NCBI GenBank assembly: GCA_032718475.1
Contig: JAUCBJ010005005.1
Coordinates: 4,528 to 68,527 of the forward strand
Source of the DNA: Nemertoderma westbladi
Taxonomy: Eukaryota > Animalia > Xenacoelomorpha
Length of the DNA: 64,000 bases
Direction of reading: 5' to 3'
This document shows, piece after piece, positions 59,622 through 64,000 of this stretch (position 1 is the stretch's first letter; each line of letters opens with the position of its first letter). Below the pieces are notes generated by a model. It had not been told where the DNA came from and made no database searches. It was given only the letters and a program-made list of their open reading frames with translations. Made by a program: the position numbers and the translations under genes.

Positions 59622-61385
59622 GAGGTAGAATAAAACGTCTGTCCTTATCTGATCTGATCTGATCTGATCTGACAGCATCTGATCCTATAACCAATCAGGA
59701 GAAAGAGTTATAATATTTACCTAACTGTCTGTTAGGTAAATAGCCAATAGCTGAATAGGGGATCACGTTTCACTTGCCTGTTTATGTATCAGTATCATCA
59801 TATGACATAGCAGTACAGGCATACCGGTATGCATATAATGCACAAAGGCATATTATTATATATTAAAAATGCGATATAGGATGAAGGATGGCGGGTATGA
59901 AAGTTGTGTGATTGTCCCAGCAGAGATGGATAGTTTCAGATGTAAACAACTTTCGTAGATTTAGTTGGTGTTGAAAGATTAAACATTTACCGGTATTAAA
60001 AACAATACAGCCTTTGCTGCAATATTTTCGTAAATCTTTCTTGTTAATAGTTATCATTAATAATAGTTAAAGTTAATTATATTAATTATAATTAATATTA
60101 TTAATTAAGTAATGATACGTATTAATACATTACATTTAAAATATTTATTGTTTGTTTGTTACGCTAAACAGCTAAAGGGAAGGCAGGAAAGGGTATCTCT
60201 CTAGGCCTACTGTGTAGTGTGTGTAGTGTGTATATGACGAAACACTTAACATGCCCCATATTGCCAGCTGATACAGTGGAGTTTATACTCAGACCATGAA
60301 GGAATATGGGAAGGTGGATGGGAATGTGGGAATTAATAAACGTTGTTGTTACCTTCCAATTGAAGGAAAAGAGCAGGTTACAGCGGCTGTAATTTCTAAC
60401 CAAAACAATAAACGACGTTTTACCTACAAATTGAGGGAAAGGAGAATATGTTACCGCGGCGGCTTGTTTACACCCACCTTCTTACTAACCATCCGACTGA
60501 CTGATCAATAGATCATCCCCCTCAAAAATAAAGGACATCGCGCACGCGCATATAACACTTACAGTAATAAAGATACATTTAATAAAAAATATCGACCAAT
60601 AAAAAATCGACCAAAAAGTGAAATCCTGGTATTCTTTACATGGGCGAAGAATACCAGACTTTATGCCGTTATATTTCACTTTGCAGTTACCCCCATGTGA
60701 AGAATACCAGGTTTTCACCAAAAACATAGATTACAGAACGGCTGAATATAACCAAAACAATAAACGAATTAGTATATTTACAGGTTATAAGACATAAATA
60801 AGCTCTATAATACACTCAATAAAGATAAATTAAAAAAGAATTAAAATCTTCACATATAAAATTCCAGTAAAAGTCGACTGAAAAGTGAAATCCTGGTATA
60901 CTTCACATGGCAGCATGGGCGGTATTCTTCACATGGGCCGGCACCAAAATTTGGCACCAGCCGCTAAAAACAAATTTAAGACTTCTAGCTTATTTTATTT
61001 GAATTCCTTTTAGTTCGTTTCAGTTAGTCTTTTAGTTAGTATCGTTAGTTTCAGAGCGGGAGGTGTTATATAGACACCCCCCCCCCCCCCGGGTTTAAGG
61101 GGAATACCGGGGAAACTTCACATGATGATCGACATAGGCAGAAAGTCCAGTACTCATTTAGCTACCATTTAAGGATGCAAGGCAGAGATTCCTCGCTAAA
61201 CCTTTCGAAACATTCGTGCCGAAACGGAAACTACCTTGGCCCCCCACGCCGGGGTTGAACCCACAACCTCCGAGATATGTAAATTCAATATAACCACTAC
61301 ACCAAGGTGCGCTCTGAACCAAGGTGGAACAAGTGTCAGATACCGTCAGATCAGATCAGATAAGGACAGACGTTTTAGCCATCCT
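59622..61385. mobile_element. Non-autonomous TIR element (MULE-like by TSD length) containing MITE and SINE pieces
   Basis: Inverted TAAAACGTCTGTCCTTATCTGATCTGATCTG ends; duplication ATTCACAAGAA at 59611-59621 and 61386-61396. Confidence 0.7.
61120..61320 (-). mobile_element. tRNA-derived SINE
   Basis: GGTTCAGAGC..GGAGGTTGTGGGTTCAACCCC head, followed by a core resembling 29190-29240. Confidence 0.5.
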
Positions 61386-62704
61386 ATTCACAAGAATGCT
61401 ACACCGGGTTCATTGTGTCAAGTACAATGCACACATCTCCAACCAGACACTATATAACAATAACATTGGAGGTGTTTGGGTGGTGTCTCATTGGTTCCCC
61501 CAAGCTTGACACTAGAACAAAATCGCCTCCGCTTTGCAGGACATTGCTTTCGCCGTGAGGACCAGCCAGTGCATAATCTTGTACTTTGGCACCCTCATGG
61601 AGTGAATAAGCATGGTGGACATCCCATACTCTATGTGTCTATGTGCAGATCCAGATGTGGTCTTATTTCAGTATTTTGTCACATTAGACAAGGGAGTGAT
61701 TCCATTCAAATTCGACAAATCTCGGTGGCACTCATTTTTTTAAAATGATTCGATCTTTACCAAATTTACAGGGTCTGACGATATTGCTATTATTAAGTTA
61801 TGTTGAAAATTTCAGCAAATTTGGTTCATTAGAACCGAAGTTATGGCCATTTTAAATATCGTGTTTTTAATAAAATTCAATATTATCAAAAATAAAACTT
61901 AATGTAACTTTGGTGTACATAGTCACCAGATTTCAAACACACATCAAATTATAATATATAGAGTAGTACTGTTTGCTACTGAAAGCGCGAAGAACAACAA
62001 TTTTTAAAACCAATTTTATTTTTACTTTAATTTGGTCATATTTTATATTTTCCAATAATATACCCCAATTTAATAGTTAATTTTATTCACTTCAGAATTA
62101 GATAATTAACCAAGCTTTGCGGCAACTTTATACATACACTATTTATAAACCAGATTATATTTATTATAAACATCAATTATCAATATAAGCGTTTTTATAA
62201 TTAATTTAATTTAGCAAAAATGTCAAAAAGTCGTTTTTTAAAAGTGCCTGTACAAATGAATTTTTAATTAATATTTGGTATGTAAGTTCATTGTAGATAA
62301 TTAAATCGATGTAGAAAGTGTGAATAGATAACGGGCTTTAGCGTTGATTTAATTTACATTCAAAGTTTAGTGCGGGGCGGCATTTCTTCAAACAAACCGC
62401 CCATTGATTGACAGCCAACTAGTAGCGCCTCTCTGCTGGAGATCGCTGCTCCAGCTCTGCTTTAGGCTTTTAGCGGCAGTCCAGTTAGTTAGACTTGGTT
62501 TCTCTGTTCAGAGTTCGGCTCCCAGCAACTTGATTCACTCGGATTAAACTTTCGGTTCTACTTAAATTCTCAAGTTCGTTATGTTAACATAGATTATGAT
62601 TTGGAAATACATAATTTTGTTACGTTTTTAACATAAATTTAAACTTGTAATACAATAAGTCTAATAAGATAAATAATAAGTAATAATAGGGTGTAAACGT
62701 TAAG

Positions 62705-63303
62705 CAGACAGTGGTGCAGACAGTGGTGCAGACAGTGGTGCAGACAGTGGTGCAGACACTCGTGCAGACAGTGGTGCATACAGTGGTGCAGACACTCGTG
62801 CAGACAGTGATGCAGACAGTGGTGCAGACAGTGGTGCAGACACTGGTGCAGACAGTGGTGCATACAGTGGTGCAGACACTGGTGCATGCAGTGGTGCATG
62901 CACTGGTGCAGACAGTGGTGCAGACACTGGTGCAGACAGTGGTGCAGACACTGGTGCACTGGTGTAGACAGTGGTGCAGACAGTGGTGCTACCACTGGCG
63001 CAGACAGTGGTGCATACAGTGGTGCAGACACTCGTGCAGACAGTGGTGCATACAGTGGTGCAGACACTCGTGCAGACACTGATGTATACAGTGGTGCAGG
63101 CACTGGTGCATACAGTGGTGCAGACACTGGTGCAGACACTGGTGTAGACAGTGGTGCAGACAGTGGTGCAGACACTGGTGCAGGCATTAGTGCAGACACT
63201 GGTGCAGACAGTGGTGCAGACATTGGCGCAGATAGTGGTGCAGACAGTGGTGTAGACATTGGTGCAGATAGTGGTGCAGACAGTGGTGCAGATACCTGGT
63301 GCA
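62705..63303. repeat. 12-bp minisatellite (CAGACAGTGGTG), about 50 units
   Basis: Tandem array; explains the periodic ORFs in four frames. Confidence 0.95.
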
Positions 63304-64000
63304 GCCATCTCTATCTGATAGATTAAGTTCAATATATAACGCAATTTAAATTGCATTTAATTATGTAATATAATTTGACCAGTACAAGGGCGCGGATAAA
63401 ATATATTTATATAACACATGTACGACTGTTCGTACATTATTATGTATAACACACACTAGGGCGATATAAATTAAGCTCAATATAACGAATTTAAATTGCA
63501 TTTAATTATAAATATATAAACCTATCCAGATAATGAAGCTACTTGTTTGACTTCCAGTTCTAATGTGTCCCAAGACCCAAACATTTCCAGCACCTTTTCT
63601 TCAAACTCGACAGTGCTACGGCAATTGCAAAGAGTTTCAATAACGTTTTTATACAGTACTACTAAAATTCTACTACATTACAGTTATAATAATAAGAGTG
63701 TTAATTTCCAATACTTATTTATCGAATATCGATAATAACAATTACATTCGAATTAGTTGCCAACAAGTCAGACTGACGACTGAGCATGAGACAATAATTT
63801 GATTATCCCGTTTTATTATAAGCTGTGACTCCAGTAAAGGTAAACAAATTAAACATACCCGCATCTCGTTATTTAACATTTTAATTTCAACTTGGATCTT
63901 TTATGATTAAAAAGTATATTAACCTCTCGGTTAGACATTTAACATTTATATTATTTGGTTTTGCGGTAAAGTTTTCAAGGAATTAGGATTAAGCAACAGC

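Larger units (their letters stand above)
59050..61630 (+). mobile_element. Degraded RTE-clade non-LTR retrotransposon fragment, split by a DNA-element insertion
   Basis: LTDLDFADDL, VEDFCYLGS..RIRKGKAWAALNRLSRIWKS; resumes at 61386 with NRLRFAGHCFR. Confidence 0.8.

Noticed and set aside
62639-63356. Cys/His/Thr-rich ORFs resembling antifreeze or metallothionein proteins
   Set aside because: Artefacts of a stop-free 12-bp tandem repeat that is open in several frames

Overview
AT-rich eukaryotic (probably invertebrate animal) repeat nest; I see no convincing host gene. About 49 kb (4655-53500) is a stack of four Bel/Pao-type LTR retroelements. C is the oldest, truncated, on the minus strand. 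B (4858-27014, minus, TSD ATCTC, gag-PR only) sits in C's 3' LTR. D (8348-15539, plus, TSD TTAAA, gag-like only) sits in B. A (31495-52884, minus, TSD GACCA, complete gag-PR-RT-RH-IN) sits in C. There are also piggyBac-like, CMC/EnSpm-like and MULE-like non-autonomous DNA elements, RTE LINE fragments, SINEs and minisatellites. Main finding: none of the three elements that still have a 5' LTR has a tRNA primer-binding site. In each, the 10-12 nt directly abutting the 5' LTR are the exact reverse complement of a segment inside its own LTR, with a different sequence per element. This points to tRNA-independent self-priming, which I know only from the Tf1-like Ty3/Gypsy group. A and B also carry a large accessory ORF in the env position (novel Zn-binding domain, DEDDy/WRN-like 3'-5' exonuclease, three CCHC knuckles); C keeps a deleted remnant of it. 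A additionally has TA...TA LTR ends, a tRNA-like Pol III unit in U3 and ten copies of a 17-nt hairpin dispersed through coding and non-coding RNA. Coordinates, counts and domain calls were made by eye.
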